A stretch of DNA of 64,000 nucleotides. It comes from an uncultured Candidatus Saccharibacteria bacterium (GTDB lineage: Bacteria; Patescibacteriota; WWE3; UBA101185; UBA10185). Positions 1-10,951 of this stretch are shown piece by piece. Made by a program: the position numbers and the translations under genes. Numbering within the stretch: the stretch's first letter is position 1; every line of letters starts with the position of its first letter. The stretch spans positions 2,470 through 66,469 of the forward strand of contig CAYLMU010000003.1 in the NCBI GenBank assembly GCA_964385105.1. Reading direction: 5' to 3'. The notes below the pieces were generated by a model. That model was not told where the DNA came from and searched no databases. It saw only the letters and a program-made list of their open reading frames with translations.

Positions 1-2
1 GC

Positions 3-149
3 AGCACGGGCGGACAAGCAGTTTTTGTAAGTTCAAGAATTGAAGGTGAATCATTTACAGTTGCTATTGATACACCACTATGGGCAAATGACATCACGTT
101 TGACTGGTGGATAGTAAATGTTGAACCTGCAACGACTCAAAATGATTAA
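3..149 (+). CDS. 3' end of a gene (partial, N-terminus outside window). C-terminus ...DTPLWANDITFDWWIVN resembles the C-terminus of the 33045-33731 product (…LNDAEFDWWITN).
   Basis: Open frame from the window edge to TAA at 147-149. The shared C-terminal FDWWI(V/T)N motif with a second protein in the window suggests a paralogous family. Confidence 0.4.
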   Translation, partial: STGGQAVFVSSRIEGESFTVAIDTPLWANDITFDWWIVNVEPATTQND

Positions 150-201
150 TTTAACAACAAATGTTAGTTCAAATTACATATTAAAACGAATATAATTCAT
201 A

Positions 202-3200
202 ATGCACATGCTCGGTAAATTAAAAACAAAACTTGCCCAATTATTAATAAAAATCCTTCCTTATGCGACTAAGTTTGTGAACTTGTTAAAGCTTTTTTTA
301 AACAAAATTCGTCACGTTAGAAAACAAACTGTTAAAAAATTAGCTCCGTTTGCATTTGGAGCTCTTGTGGTAATTGTTCCTGTTGCCTATTTATTATTAA
401 ATAATACCGTAGAGGCTGAAGCCGGATGGTGGGTTACTGATACACCATGGCAAAAAAGACACAGACTAAACTTAACAAATAACTCATCCGAAAATTTTGC
501 TGCAGGTAATACCGTTTCGATAACGGTAAACACTATGCAAATGTATAGTAACCGTGAACTCAATGCGGACTGCTCTGACTTACGAATTTTGTATCAACCT
601 AACAATAACACTCAACAGGAACTTAGCCGCCATGTAGTATTTGAAAACGACGGTGACTGTACAACCAGTGACGCAACAAGAGTTTATTTTCCTTTACAGG
701 CAAATTTAAATTCTGGCAGTTCAACAAGAGATTATTATGTTTATTATTCAAATACCCAAGCTACTTCCCCATCATCTCAAATTGATGCATATGATATAAG
801 CTCGGTAAATGCACTATTTGCATGCGAATTTAGAGGAAACGCCAACTGTGTTAACAGCAATGGTGCTGTTTCTCCAAACACAGAATCAGGTGCCGTAAGA
901 TTTATGGGTTCAAAAAGTGCTTTAAATTTTGACGGTACTGGAGATTACGCTTCCGCTGCTGATTCAACAAGTTTATCGATAACTGATAATTTAACTGTTG
1001 AAGCATGGGTAAAGTTAAAACAAGTTGATGTAGAACAAACAATTGTCGGGAAATGGGATGAAACCACGGGTACAGATAACAGATCATACAGATTATATAT
1101 AACATCAGGTAACAAATTTGCTTTCGAAATATCTACAGACGGCACAAGCGCTACTGTAACAACAATCACCGGTTCTACTACAACAGCAAGTAAAGGTTCA
1201 TGGTATCACGTAGCAGGGGTTTACAACGCTAATAACGAAACACTTGACCTTTATGTAAATGGAATTTCTGATAATACGCAAGTTGGCTCAGCCGGTGGTG
1301 AGATTGATGATAACTCATCACTTTTATATATTGGCGGTAAAGAAAACACAAGTGGCATCGTTAACACTTTGTTTATGGGCATTTTGGATGAAATTAGAAT
1401 ATCTAACACTATAAGATACTCAACAAATGGCGATGCACCAGAGTCATCTTTTATAACAGATTTTAATACTATGGCTCTGTACCACATGGATGAAGCAGGT
1501 TCAGACCCCCGTGCAAATGGTACAACATTAGACGCAACAACTAATAATAACGATGCTACTTTAAATGGTCCTACATATGTATCGGGAATGGTAGGAATAG
1601 ACGGACCTTCGGAATTTGGGTCACACACAGGTGCTAATAATTCAGCAACGTTGGTAGACACAAATGCGTCATGGGCACCAAATGAATGGGTCGGTTATAT
1701 TGTTAATAATTCAACCGATGCCTCACACGGTACTATCACTGCAAATACAGTAAATACAATTACAGCAACTTTAGCAGGAGGCGAAGAAAATGATTTTGAT
1801 ACCGGGGATTTATATGCTCTTTCACCTGACCTTGGTAAAGAAGTATCTCAATCATTTGCCTCAAGAAATGGCGTTTTTGTGGAAGAAGCCACAACAAACT
1901 TAATTGATAATCCAAGTTTTGAAAATACAACTTATGATACAAGCTGGAGTGAGGGGTCAGGGTCTGGCGTGATTATTGCGACAACGAGAGCAACTGCCAA
2001 CACCGGGGGAGGCACTCAAGATATAACAACAAGCAAGCTGGGAGGTAACACTCCAAAAGCTGTTTTAATAATTGCTACCGACACGACTACAGATGGTTTA
2101 GCAACTGCGGGCATGAGTTACTCATATGGTGCTGCAACAGGGACTTCAAATCAATGGGTTTCGTGGCAGAATACAAGCGATGCTACTACCAGTAACCATA
2201 GATCAGCTATAGAAACGGATAACGTCATTTGTAATACACCACCAAATGTCACTGTTGGTGCTGCAAGATGCGCTTACGGTCAAGCTGCATTCTCTCAATT
2301 CATTACAAATGGTGTTAGATTGCAGTGGGACACTTTAAAAGTTCCGGCAAGTGCCTTTTATATAACTGTAGTTTTCTTTGCAGGTTCAGATGTAAGTGCC
2401 CATGCGAATTCATTTAGTCTAGGCGATACAACTAATGGCAGTGTAACAACCACAGCCCCAGGATTTCAGTTTGATTTATTATACGGAGCAACAACCAAAA
2501 ACGGATATAATGTATTTAACGGGGGGTATGGGTTTGCTCATTTTGATGGAAGTACAATAACTCAAAGAGCATATATACATCATAACAGAATTAGTGCCCA
2601 AAGTGCATGGGCCTTTGTAAGAAATGATGCTATTGCAGGAGAAATTCGACCCGATACTACTGGTGATATAGACTATAGAGCCGAGGTTACAAATGTATCA
2701 TCAACCGGATTTACTATAAGAACTACAGGCGCCGGCGGTAATAATACTCCGTTTGTTTATTTAGCGTTAGATTTTGGGGACACAGTAGATTCATGGGTAG
2801 GAACTCACTCAACCCCCACATCAACAGGAAACTACTCAGACACAGGTCCAGGATTTACCCCTCAATATACATTAATGATTCCTAATTATGTTGAAGCACT
2901 AAATACAAAAGCTGATGACGCTAAGGCCGGATCGTTTGGTTTTTCTGTAATAGATGCACTAAATCAATATTCCAACAGCTATACATTTCAAGATGCTACT
3001 TCACCCTCAAATACATCAAGTCTGGCTAACAACAAAGCGGTACACATCCTCTCGGATAATCAAACAACTAGCAGTATACAAGGTGATTTTGTTTCTTTTG
3101 ACACAGCTGCCGGGTGGACAACAAACTATACAGCAGTTACTGGCAACTCAAAGCGTTGGCCCGCTGCATCTGTACAATCTATAACTTATCTCACACGAAC

Positions 3201-6200
3201 TATAGAAACTGTTTCACCATATGTTAAATTCGGTTCAAGAGCTGCAAAAATTGCGGCATCAGCTGACACCACATTAGTAAACTCAGTGTCAATTGGTGCA
3301 AGTCCAAGCACCCACACCATGTCGTTGTACGCATACTTAGGCACTTCAGGCAGCGAAGGGGGTACAATTGACAACACTATTGCGCGTATTTTATGGGAAG
3401 GGACTTCACAAGCTTCTACCTCATATGAAGATGTAGGAGGAGGTTGGTGGAGGCTTACCTACTCTGCAACACCTACCGCCAGCACAACAAGTGATTTTGG
3501 AGTGTGGCTTGCCGAGGGCGAAACAATTTATGTAGACGGCTTTATGCTTGAAGAAAAACCAACTGCATCAACTTACACAGACGGCTCACTGGGAGCAGGT
3601 TATTCTTGGAGCGGAACTATTAACGAATCTTCCAGTTCAAGAGCAGCTGCTGACATTGATTACACTGCATCCGGTAATATTGACGCATCTAAAGGAAGTA
3701 TAAGTTTTTGGCTTAAACCCAACTGGGATGGCGATGACGGGGTTGAACACACTTTTTTTGATGTCGATACAGCATCCACATTTAAAATTTATAAAACAAG
3801 CTCAAATGTACTAACATTTACAGACGGAACAAATACAGCTACCACATCAACAACATCCTGGAATAAGGGTGATTGGCATCATATAGTTGCTACCTGGACC
3901 TCAGGTGATATGGATATATATGTAGATGCTTCTGCCGGAACAGATGATTCATATTCGGCACCAACGCTAGGTACTAACTTTTATATTGGGCAAAATAAAT
4001 CAAACACTTCGCATGCCTCAGCTGTAATTTCTAATTTAAGAATTTATGACTCGGTACTTAGCTCAGCACAAATCACTGACTTATATCACTCGAATTTATA
4101 TACTTTTGAACAAGAGTATTTTGTAGAAGCATTTATCGGAGATAAAGGACAAGATCCTATTACGATTTTACATATGGACGAAGCTTACGGTACAACTGTA
4201 CATGATGCATCACAGTATAGAAATGATTTTGGACTATCGGGTGCTTCTTGGGTAGCTGAAAGTTCTGTGACCGGAGGTACACTTAGAACCCGATACATAA
4301 ATTTTGACGGCACCAACGATTACTTAATTAACGAAAACACCGAAGATTTTAGGTTTGGAACTGACTCTTTTTCAATTTCCGGGTGGTTTAGACATCCCAT
4401 AACTGTACCGGATGGAGGAACAACGGACACAATATTAGCTCATTACGATACAACCGGATATAAAATCTATATGAATTCAAGCGGTCAGCTATGTTTTGGT
4501 ATTGATAACGATTCAACATGGTCACCCACCGATACAATTTGTTCTACTATGAGCTATGCTGACTCTACCTGGCATCACTTTAGTGCAGTTAAAACCGGAA
4601 CTTCAAGTATTGCAATTTACATAGATTCAACCCAAGTAGGACAGAACACGTCACTAAGTGCTACTGCTTCTCTATCGCATAATAAACCAATGTATATAGG
4701 TATTGATAGTAATGGTTCTTCTAACCCCTGGGAAGGTGATCTTGATGAAATAAGAATATACTCATACGCCAGATCAGAAGAACAAATTAAAATTGATTTT
4801 GCAGGGTCTTTCGGGGTAGCTTTTGGTACAGGTATTGAAAGTCAGTTGCAAAACGGCCTTGTAGCTCATTGGAAAATGGATGAAAATACAGGTACAACCT
4901 TAAGTGATTCAAGTGGCAATGCCAATAACAGCCAGAACTTTTCAGGAAACACAACGTGGGCACCCGGAAGATATGGTTCAGGATTGTTATTTGACGGCAA
5001 TAATGACGCTGTACTATTCAATGAAACACCTTCAACAGATTTAGGCGCTTTAACAGACTCCTACACAGTGTCCACTTGGTTTAAAACTACTACCAATGCC
5101 TCATCTACAGTTGTATTAGTTAATAAAGGTGTGGGAGCTGCGTCACCGATGAGTTTGGAACTTTCAGATACCGAGGTTGCCCAGTTTAGGATATTTGGTG
5201 GAGGCAACTCTTCATTAGCTGTAGGATCTGCTGCTCTAAACGATGGCAAATGGCATTTAATTACCGGGGTTAGAGATGTTAATGAAGACAAAGTGTTTAT
5301 ATATGTTGATGGTGAATTAGCAGGATTAACTACCGACACATTGACTTCAAGTGCTGCAAATGACAGTCAGCTATCACTCGGTGCAGCAGAAGATCTTTCG
5401 GGTGATTTTACAGGTACAATGGATGACACACGAATATACAATAGAGCCCTTTCTGCGAGTGAGGTTCAAATGCTGTATCAATATTCAGCGGCACCTGTGG
5501 GATATTGGGACTTCAATGTAGGAACCGGTACTGTTGCTCAAGATGTCTCAAATAACAAAAATGATGGTACTTTAACCGGCATGGTGTCGTGGATTCCAGG
5601 CATATTCGGTTCCGGAATAGATACAAATACCGCATCATCCGGTGTGGAAATTACAGACCCTCCCGGCGGAGAACTCGACTTTGATGCTGATGACAGTTTC
5701 ACATGGATGGGATGGGTAAAAACTACAAATATTGGTACTTCAAGTATATTTTTACAAAAAGGAAGAATAGAAAACAGTGTAGCAGGATACCGTGCACGAG
5801 TAGACACTTTCGGTAGAGCAAGTTGCGGCGTTTCAAATGCAGTAGACACAGGTACTACACAAATATCCGGAACCAGTGTAGTTGCAGATGGTATGTGGCA
5901 CCATGTTACTTGTGTTGATATATATACAGGCAACGCATCCCCGAATGATAGAAGACTTTTACTTTATGTGGACGGTGTGTTAGAAAACTCATTAATACAC
6001 TCTGAAGAAATAAGTAATTCAACAGAAAATTTAAACATTGGACATATAAATGCTGCTACGTATTGGCAAGGGCAAATTGATGAAGTTAAAATTTACAACT
6101 ACGCCCGAACTCCCGAAGAAATTATCAAGGATATGAATGCGGGTCATCCGACACCCGGCTCACCCATTGGGTCAGCATTGGGACATTGGAAATTTGATGA

Positions 6201-8325
6201 AGGCTATAGCAATATTGCACACGATTCCGGAATTTTAGGTAAAAACGGGACTATAACTAATGCTACCTGGTCTAATGATGCAAAACTGGGTAAATCTTTA
6301 AATCTTGATGGTACAGGTGATTTTGTGCAAGTAGGTGATGACGACTCTTATTCGTTTGGAAACGGTACTTCAGACAATCCTTTTACAATAAGTGCCTGGA
6401 TTAATAAAAACTCTACAGGAGGAGGCGATATTGTATCAAAATTCACATTAAACGGAGTTCACCTAGAATATAGACTGATTAACCCAAGTGGAAAAGATTT
6501 GGAATTTATTTTGTATGATGATTCGAGCACATCCAATATCGGAAGACGCGCAACATCAAAACTGCCTGACATAAGTGAATGGGTTCACATTGTTGGTACT
6601 TATAATGGGAATGGATCCACAAGCGGTATCAGGTTATACATAAATGGTGTACGCTCAGATGATACAAATATAATCAACGGAACTTATACGGCCATGGAAA
6701 ACACCACAGCGCCACTAGCATTCGGTGCAATTTCAACAGACGGCACACCGTCATCAGATATCCCAGCAAAACTTGACGATATTCGTATTTACACCTCAGA
6801 ATTTTCTCAAAGCCAAATCGACACCTTATATAATCTGGGGTTTGCACAATTATTAGGTGCAACCGGCAGTGATTTATCTGGAAGACCAACAGAATACTGC
6901 CCTCCCGGAGAAGTTCCTGCATGTACTGCACCTATTGCAGAATGGAAACTTGATGAGAACTTAGGTATTAGTGCCTTTGATACAAGTGGAAACGGAATTA
7001 CGGGTACTTTGGGGGGTGACGGTAGCGGGTCGGATATTCCTGTATGGAGACCCGGAAAAGTTGGACAATCCCTACTATTTGATGGCGTTGATGATTTTAT
7101 TAGCATGGGCGACCCTTCGAGCGGGATTTTGGACTTTGGCATTAGTTCGGCGTTCACTATTTCTTTATGGGTTAAAACTGATATTGACGCTATTACAGAT
7201 ACGTATCCTCTAATTATAAGTAAAGAGGGAGGTTCCCCTAGAAATGGTTACAATATACTGGCAAACCTTGCACAATATTCCAATAACTGGACAGGTCAAG
7301 TATTTGCTGGCGGAACGCAATATAACTGTGATAGCCTTGTAGATATAACTGATGGAAAGTGGCATCATCTGGCTTTTAAACACGTTTTCAATCTTTATGC
7401 TACATATACAGACGGGAAAATGACAAATATATGCACACTTACAAATTCAAATATTTCTAATTCAATGAGTTTTCATGTCGGAACACATTCAGTCCCCTTC
7501 ACAGGAAGCTACTTTAACGGTCAGATAGATAACATTCGAGTTTATAATTATACTAGAACCCCCGCACAAACGGCATGGGAATATAATCATGGAGCGCCAG
7601 GTGCCCATTGGAAATTTGATGAGTGCAGTGGTACTACAGCAAATGACTCCTCAGTCCGTAATTACCGGGGCACTATAAACGCCGGCGGTAGCGGCAGCAA
7701 CACAAGTGCTGGAACTTGCGGAGGAAGCCCAGGAACTATGTGGTCAGACGGTGCTGCAGGTAAACACAATGCGAGCCTGGAATTTGACGGTACCAATGAT
7801 TACGTGTCTGTCGGGGATGTAGATTATTTTGATTTGTCTCATATATTCTCAACATATACCTTCACCGGATGGTTCAAGAGATCGTCATTCAACACGCATG
7901 ATGTAATTCTTTCTAAGGATTCTGATATTATGAACAGTGCGGTGCCCGGTTATTCACTATATATAACATCGGATGACGTAGTGAAATTTTCAATAAAAGA
8001 TAAAAACAATAACTTAACCTCTGTAACCGGCTCATCTTTAATAACAGATTCTGAATGGTACCACGTCGCATTAGTGTTTTTCGGTAATGGTACAAACATA
8101 CCAGGAATAAGTTTGTATATTAATGGAAAACTTGAAGGTGAAAATACCGCAGGTGTATGGCTTTACGACTCTTCGAATAACCTTAGCTTCACCATTGGTG
8201 CTGAATCTGACGGCAACCACCCGTTCCATGGACAAATTGACGACGTTCGACTATTTTACTACGGCTTAACACCGGATCAAATTAAAACAGTTATGAATAA
8301 TGGCGCTGTAAACTTTATGCAATAA
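202..8325 (+). CDS. Giant (2707 aa) membrane-anchored surface protein. It has a single N-terminal TM helix followed by at least eight LamG-like (concanavalin A-like lectin/glucanase, Laminin_G_3-type) repeats.
   Basis: Uninterrupted 8.1-kb ORF. N-terminal hydrophobic segment FAFGALVVIVPVAYLLL. Recurrent modules of type W(K/H)(F/M)DE...G...D.SG.GN.G..G...W..G..G.AL.FDG.DD(Y/F)V....D...I(D/N)E(I/V)(R/K)IY(N/S)(R/Y)A(L/R)(S/T)..(E/Q)I, e.g. LDEIRISNTIRYS, DLDEIRIYSYARSEEQI, MDDTRIYNRALSASEVQMLY, IDEVKIYNYARTPEEI, LDDIRIYTSEFSQSQIDTLY, IDNIRVYNYTRTPAQ, IDDVRLFYYGLTPDQI. Thr/Ser/Asn/Gly-rich composition. No internal stops. The exact start is uncertain (202 or nearby Met). Confidence 0.75.
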   Translation: MHMLGKLKTKLAQLLIKILPYATKFVNLLKLFLNKIRHVRKQTVKKLAPFAFGALVVIVPVAYLLLNNTVEAEAGWWVTDTPWQKRHRLNLTNNSSENFAAGNTVSITVNTMQMYSNRELNADCSDLRILYQPNNNTQQELSRHVVFENDGDCTTSDATRVYFPLQANLNSGSSTRDYYVYYSNTQATSPSSQIDAYDISSVNALFACEFRGNANCVNSNGAVSPNTESGAVRFMGSKSALNFDGTGDYASAADSTSLSITDNLTVEAWVKLKQVDVEQTIVGKWDETTGTDNRSYRLYITSGNKFAFEISTDGTSATVTTITGSTTTASKGSWYHVAGVYNANNETLDLYVNGISDNTQVGSAGGEIDDNSSLLYIGGKENTSGIVNTLFMGILDEIRISNTIRYSTNGDAPESSFITDFNTMALYHMDEAGSDPRANGTTLDATTNNNDATLNGPTYVSGMVGIDGPSEFGSHTGANNSATLVDTNASWAPNEWVGYIVNNSTDASHGTITANTVNTITATLAGGEENDFDTGDLYALSPDLGKEVSQSFASRNGVFVEEATTNLIDNPSFENTTYDTSWSEGSGSGVIIATTRATANTGGGTQDITTSKLGGNTPKAVLIIATDTTTDGLATAGMSYSYGAATGTSNQWVSWQNTSDATTSNHRSAIETDNVICNTPPNVTVGAARCAYGQAAFSQFITNGVRLQWDTLKVPASAFYITVVFFAGSDVSAHANSFSLGDTTNGSVTTTAPGFQFDLLYGATTKNGYNVFNGGYGFAHFDGSTITQRAYIHHNRISAQSAWAFVRNDAIAGEIRPDTTGDIDYRAEVTNVSSTGFTIRTTGAGGNNTPFVYLALDFGDTVDSWVGTHSTPTSTGNYSDTGPGFTPQYTLMIPNYVEALNTKADDAKAGSFGFSVIDALNQYSNSYTFQDATSPSNTSSLANNKAVHILSDNQTTSSIQGDFVSFDTAAGWTTNYTAVTGNSKRWPAASVQSITYLTRTIETVSPYVKFGSRAAKIAASADTTLVNSVSIGASPSTHTMSLYAYLGTSGSEGGTIDNTIARILWEGTSQASTSYEDVGGGWWRLTYSATPTASTTSDFGVWLAEGETIYVDGFMLEEKPTASTYTDGSLGAGYSWSGTINESSSSRAAADIDYTASGNIDASKGSISFWLKPNWDGDDGVEHTFFDVDTASTFKIYKTSSNVLTFTDGTNTATTSTTSWNKGDWHHIVATWTSGDMDIYVDASAGTDDSYSAPTLGTNFYIGQNKSNTSHASAVISNLRIYDSVLSSAQITDLYHSNLYTFEQEYFVEAFIGDKGQDPITILHMDEAYGTTVHDASQYRNDFGLSGASWVAESSVTGGTLRTRYINFDGTNDYLINENTEDFRFGTDSFSISGWFRHPITVPDGGTTDTILAHYDTTGYKIYMNSSGQLCFGIDNDSTWSPTDTICSTMSYADSTWHHFSAVKTGTSSIAIYIDSTQVGQNTSLSATASLSHNKPMYIGIDSNGSSNPWEGDLDEIRIYSYARSEEQIKIDFAGSFGVAFGTGIESQLQNGLVAHWKMDENTGTTLSDSSGNANNSQNFSGNTTWAPGRYGSGLLFDGNNDAVLFNETPSTDLGALTDSYTVSTWFKTTTNASSTVVLVNKGVGAASPMSLELSDTEVAQFRIFGGGNSSLAVGSAALNDGKWHLITGVRDVNEDKVFIYVDGELAGLTTDTLTSSAANDSQLSLGAAEDLSGDFTGTMDDTRIYNRALSASEVQMLYQYSAAPVGYWDFNVGTGTVAQDVSNNKNDGTLTGMVSWIPGIFGSGIDTNTASSGVEITDPPGGELDFDADDSFTWMGWVKTTNIGTSSIFLQKGRIENSVAGYRARVDTFGRASCGVSNAVDTGTTQISGTSVVADGMWHHVTCVDIYTGNASPNDRRLLLYVDGVLENSLIHSEEISNSTENLNIGHINAATYWQGQIDEVKIYNYARTPEEIIKDMNAGHPTPGSPIGSALGHWKFDEGYSNIAHDSGILGKNGTITNATWSNDAKLGKSLNLDGTGDFVQVGDDDSYSFGNGTSDNPFTISAWINKNSTGGGDIVSKFTLNGVHLEYRLINPSGKDLEFILYDDSSTSNIGRRATSKLPDISEWVHIVGTYNGNGSTSGIRLYINGVRSDDTNIINGTYTAMENTTAPLAFGAISTDGTPSSDIPAKLDDIRIYTSEFSQSQIDTLYNLGFAQLLGATGSDLSGRPTEYCPPGEVPACTAPIAEWKLDENLGISAFDTSGNGITGTLGGDGSGSDIPVWRPGKVGQSLLFDGVDDFISMGDPSSGILDFGISSAFTISLWVKTDIDAITDTYPLIISKEGGSPRNGYNILANLAQYSNNWTGQVFAGGTQYNCDSLVDITDGKWHHLAFKHVFNLYATYTDGKMTNICTLTNSNISNSMSFHVGTHSVPFTGSYFNGQIDNIRVYNYTRTPAQTAWEYNHGAPGAHWKFDECSGTTANDSSVRNYRGTINAGGSGSNTSAGTCGGSPGTMWSDGAAGKHNASLEFDGTNDYVSVGDVDYFDLSHIFSTYTFTGWFKRSSFNTHDVILSKDSDIMNSAVPGYSLYITSDDVVKFSIKDKNNNLTSVTGSSLITDSEWYHVALVFFGNGTNIPGISLYINGKLEGENTAGVWLYDSSNNLSFTIGAESDGNHPFHGQIDDVRLFYYGLTPDQIKTVMNNGAVNFMQ

Positions 8326-8436
8326 GTACAAGTATATAGTTTCTCATTAGAGAAATGTCATACTTTTACATTATTGACACTACACTACTTGCACATGTAA
8401 CCTGAATGCACTTAGTAATTATTTACGGGAGTGAAC

Positions 8437-10716
8437 ATGAAACAAAATGCCCTAGTGATTGAAAAAATAATCAATCTCTTCATAATTGGCACAACCCTCT
8501 TAATGCCCATTTTTTTCTTACCCATAACAACCGAGTTTTATGAGATTAATAAACTCGCCCTCTTAACAGTATCAACTTTGGTTTTAGCAGTGCTCTGGGG
8601 ATTGAAACTTATTTTCAGTCAAAAGGTGTATGTGATTAAAACCCCAATTAATCTCGCTATCATAATATATTTGGCGGTATTCATACTCGCCACTATATTC
8701 TCGAACAACTTTTATCTAAGCATGTTCGGACAATACGCAAGATGGTTTCCTAGTTTATTTTCTTTTGTGACTGTGGTGGTATTCTTTTATATTGCGGCCA
8801 TCAACATTACAGATGAAAAAACTATAAACAACATTTTGTTTGCACTTATAGCGGGAATTACAATAAACACAATTGTAGGTCTTTTAAGCTACTTTGGTGT
8901 TTATTTATCGGGTAATGCATACGCACAGACACCTAACTTTTCACTAGTAGGCAATCCGACTACCGCTGCGATACTAGCAGCTATAGCTGTTATCATTGGC
9001 ATAAATAAATTGCTAAACATTACTTTTATGCCCGGTAGAATACTCTTGGTTCAGCTCGTTATTGTAAATGCTGTGCTGCTGGTTCTTTACGGCATATTTG
9101 CAGCGTGGTTTGTTCTTGCAATCGGTTTAATCTCAACCTTTGTAATGACAAGAACAGAAAAAATAACGAGTAATGCGATTTTTCTAACAGTAATAGCAGG
9201 AGCAGTTGCAGCGTTATTACTTGTTGTTTCAATGCCAAGAACCAAAGAATTAGTAATAAATGATAACTTTGCAAAGGAAATTAAACTGGACTTTAACAGT
9301 TCATGGATAATTACCGGCGCCACAGTTACAAATGACGCTCTTTTAGGTTCAGGGCCGGCAACATTCCAGAACAATTTCACGTTGTACCGACCCTCGGAAT
9401 TAAATGCAACTGATTTCTGGAACATCAGATATGACAAACCCTACAATGAGATTTTTAACATAATGTCTTCATTGGGAATCTTTGGTGCTATTGCCGCAGC
9501 ATATCTTGGAATAAAAATATTTCAGGAAATCTTGGCAACAAAATCTAACAAAGATGATAGTGGTTTAAATGTGATGTTAAGTGCTTCAACTCTTGCTATG
9601 TTGAGTATGGTTGCAGTTACATATATAACAGTGCTAAGTGCATTTGTTTTATTTGTATTACTGGCATTAACCACAGCGTATAATGCAACGCATACAAAAA
9701 GCAAAACCGACAGGGTTTTACTAAGTTTAGCCTCGCTAAGTACTATGTCATTGCTTGAAAGCCTTGGTGGTAATGATACAAATGAAATACTTCAATATAT
9801 TGTTACCGTACCGTTGCTAATATTTGCAGGTCTATGGGGGTATTTCTTGTACCAAACATATACACCTGAATATTATATGAGAAAATCGGCTATAGCTATC
9901 CAGGCAAATGACGGACTTGGAGTATACAACAACCAAAGACGAGCTTTGGAAATCAACGGAAGAAGATCTGAATACCGTAACGCATTCGCTCAAACAAATC
10001 TGGCAATTGCTAATGCCTTAGCTCAAGGTGAAAATGTTAATGATGAAACCAGACTTAACATACAAAATCTTATAGCTCAAGCAATCAGAGAGGTTAAGAT
10101 TTCAACTGAAGTCTTGAATCCAGGCAGTGCAGCCAACTGGGAAGTTCGAGCAAGTGTCTATAGATCTCTAAGAGGTGTTGCTCAAAATTCAAGTCAGTGG
10201 GCATTGCAGGCATATGATGCTGCAATACAACTTGACCCTACAAACCCAAGATTAAGACTTGAAGCAGGAGCTGTATATTATGCAGAACAGGACTTTTTAT
10301 CAGCAGCCAATATGTTTAGACAAGCTGCAAATCTAAAGCCTGATTATGCAAATGCACACTTTAATATGGCACACTCATTAAAACAGATGCAAAACTATCC
10401 TTTAGCACAAAGAGAATTTCAGATAACACAAACTTTAGTTGAAAGAGATTCGGAAGATTATGCTCTGTTACAAAGAGAGCTTGAAGATATTGCTGAACTT
10501 GCAGCTAGTACAGCAGACAACACGCAAGAAAACATTCCTACCGTTGAAGAACTTGAACAACAGCAACAACTTCAAGAACAAAGCCAGCCGTCTGCACAAG
10601 GACCTCTTGTAGCACCTGAGCAAGTGGTTGCTCCTCAAAGTCAAAGCTTAGACTTAAGCCCTGAAGAAGCAGAAGAAATACAAGAACAGAATCAAAACCA
10701 AACCGAACAAGAGTAA
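8437..10716 (+). CDS. Polytopic membrane protein with a C-terminal TPR-repeat region and a Q/E-rich tail. It is possibly an O-antigen ligase/polymerase-like (Wzy_C-type) protein.
   Basis: At least 10 predicted TM helices in the first ~480 aa. The C-terminal soluble part has TPR-like repeats (AYDAAIQLDPTNPRLRLEAGAVYYAEQDF..AANMFRQAANLKPDYANAHFNMAHSL). ATG at 8437 lies 6 nt after the SD GGGAG (8426-8430); the ORF track's GTG at 8431 is an alternative. The family call is an inference from architecture only. Confidence 0.5.
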   Translation: MKQNALVIEKIINLFIIGTTLLMPIFFLPITTEFYEINKLALLTVSTLVLAVLWGLKLIFSQKVYVIKTPINLAIIIYLAVFILATIFSNNFYLSMFGQYARWFPSLFSFVTVVVFFYIAAINITDEKTINNILFALIAGITINTIVGLLSYFGVYLSGNAYAQTPNFSLVGNPTTAAILAAIAVIIGINKLLNITFMPGRILLVQLVIVNAVLLVLYGIFAAWFVLAIGLISTFVMTRTEKITSNAIFLTVIAGAVAALLLVVSMPRTKELVINDNFAKEIKLDFNSSWIITGATVTNDALLGSGPATFQNNFTLYRPSELNATDFWNIRYDKPYNEIFNIMSSLGIFGAIAAAYLGIKIFQEILATKSNKDDSGLNVMLSASTLAMLSMVAVTYITVLSAFVLFVLLALTTAYNATHTKSKTDRVLLSLASLSTMSLLESLGGNDTNEILQYIVTVPLLIFAGLWGYFLYQTYTPEYYMRKSAIAIQANDGLGVYNNQRRALEINGRRSEYRNAFAQTNLAIANALAQGENVNDETRLNIQNLIAQAIREVKISTEVLNPGSAANWEVRASVYRSLRGVAQNSSQWALQAYDAAIQLDPTNPRLRLEAGAVYYAEQDFLSAANMFRQAANLKPDYANAHFNMAHSLKQMQNYPLAQREFQITQTLVERDSEDYALLQRELEDIAELAASTADNTQENIPTVEELEQQQQLQEQSQPSAQGPLVAPEQVVAPQSQSLDLSPEEAEEIQEQNQNQTEQE

Positions 10717-10744
10717 CAAAGTGGTCAATTACGGATTGCTAAAA

Positions 10745-10771
10745 CCTCCGGCACAACCGGAGGTTTTTTTA
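10745..10771 (+). terminator. Rho-independent terminator downstream of the membrane/TPR gene.
   Basis: Perfect hairpin cctccggcacaaccggagg (10745-10763) followed by ttttttt. Confidence 0.7.
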
Positions 10772-10787
10772 TTCTGCACTATTTTAC

Positions 10788-10817
10788 TTGACACAACACA
10801 AAAATTAGTTAAACTAG
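10788..10817 (+). promoter_or_regulatory. Candidate sigma70-type promoter for the rplJ-rplL operon, followed by a ~130-nt leader.
   Basis: TTGACA at 10788-10793, ~16-17 nt spacer, TAAACT-like -10. The leader before rplJ is consistent with L10(L12)4 autoregulatory leaders. Not computationally verified. Confidence 0.3.
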
Positions 10818-10951
10818 TTAATGTTAAGCCAAAGACAGCAAGTGTCGTATGAAATAATAAAATTAAAGCGACTTAATTATCTTGCCGAGGTTAATCAAAA
10901 GTAATACTTCACTACTCTACCTTTTGACTAATCAAGGCAAAAAATATAAAA

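Noticed and set aside
902-7213. Several 60-157-aa ORFs on either strand inside the giant LamG gene (e.g. 1251-1661, 5538-5933, 6807-7157).
   Set aside because: They overlap the uninterrupted 8.1-kb coding frame and have no RBS or independent support. They are typical shadow ORFs.
8326-8436. TTCTC-atta-GAGAA hairpin and TTGACA-like hexamer upstream of the membrane/TPR gene as terminator/promoter.
   Set aside because: The stem is only 5 bp with no U-tract, and no convincing -10 element at proper spacing. Too weak to annotate as a feature.
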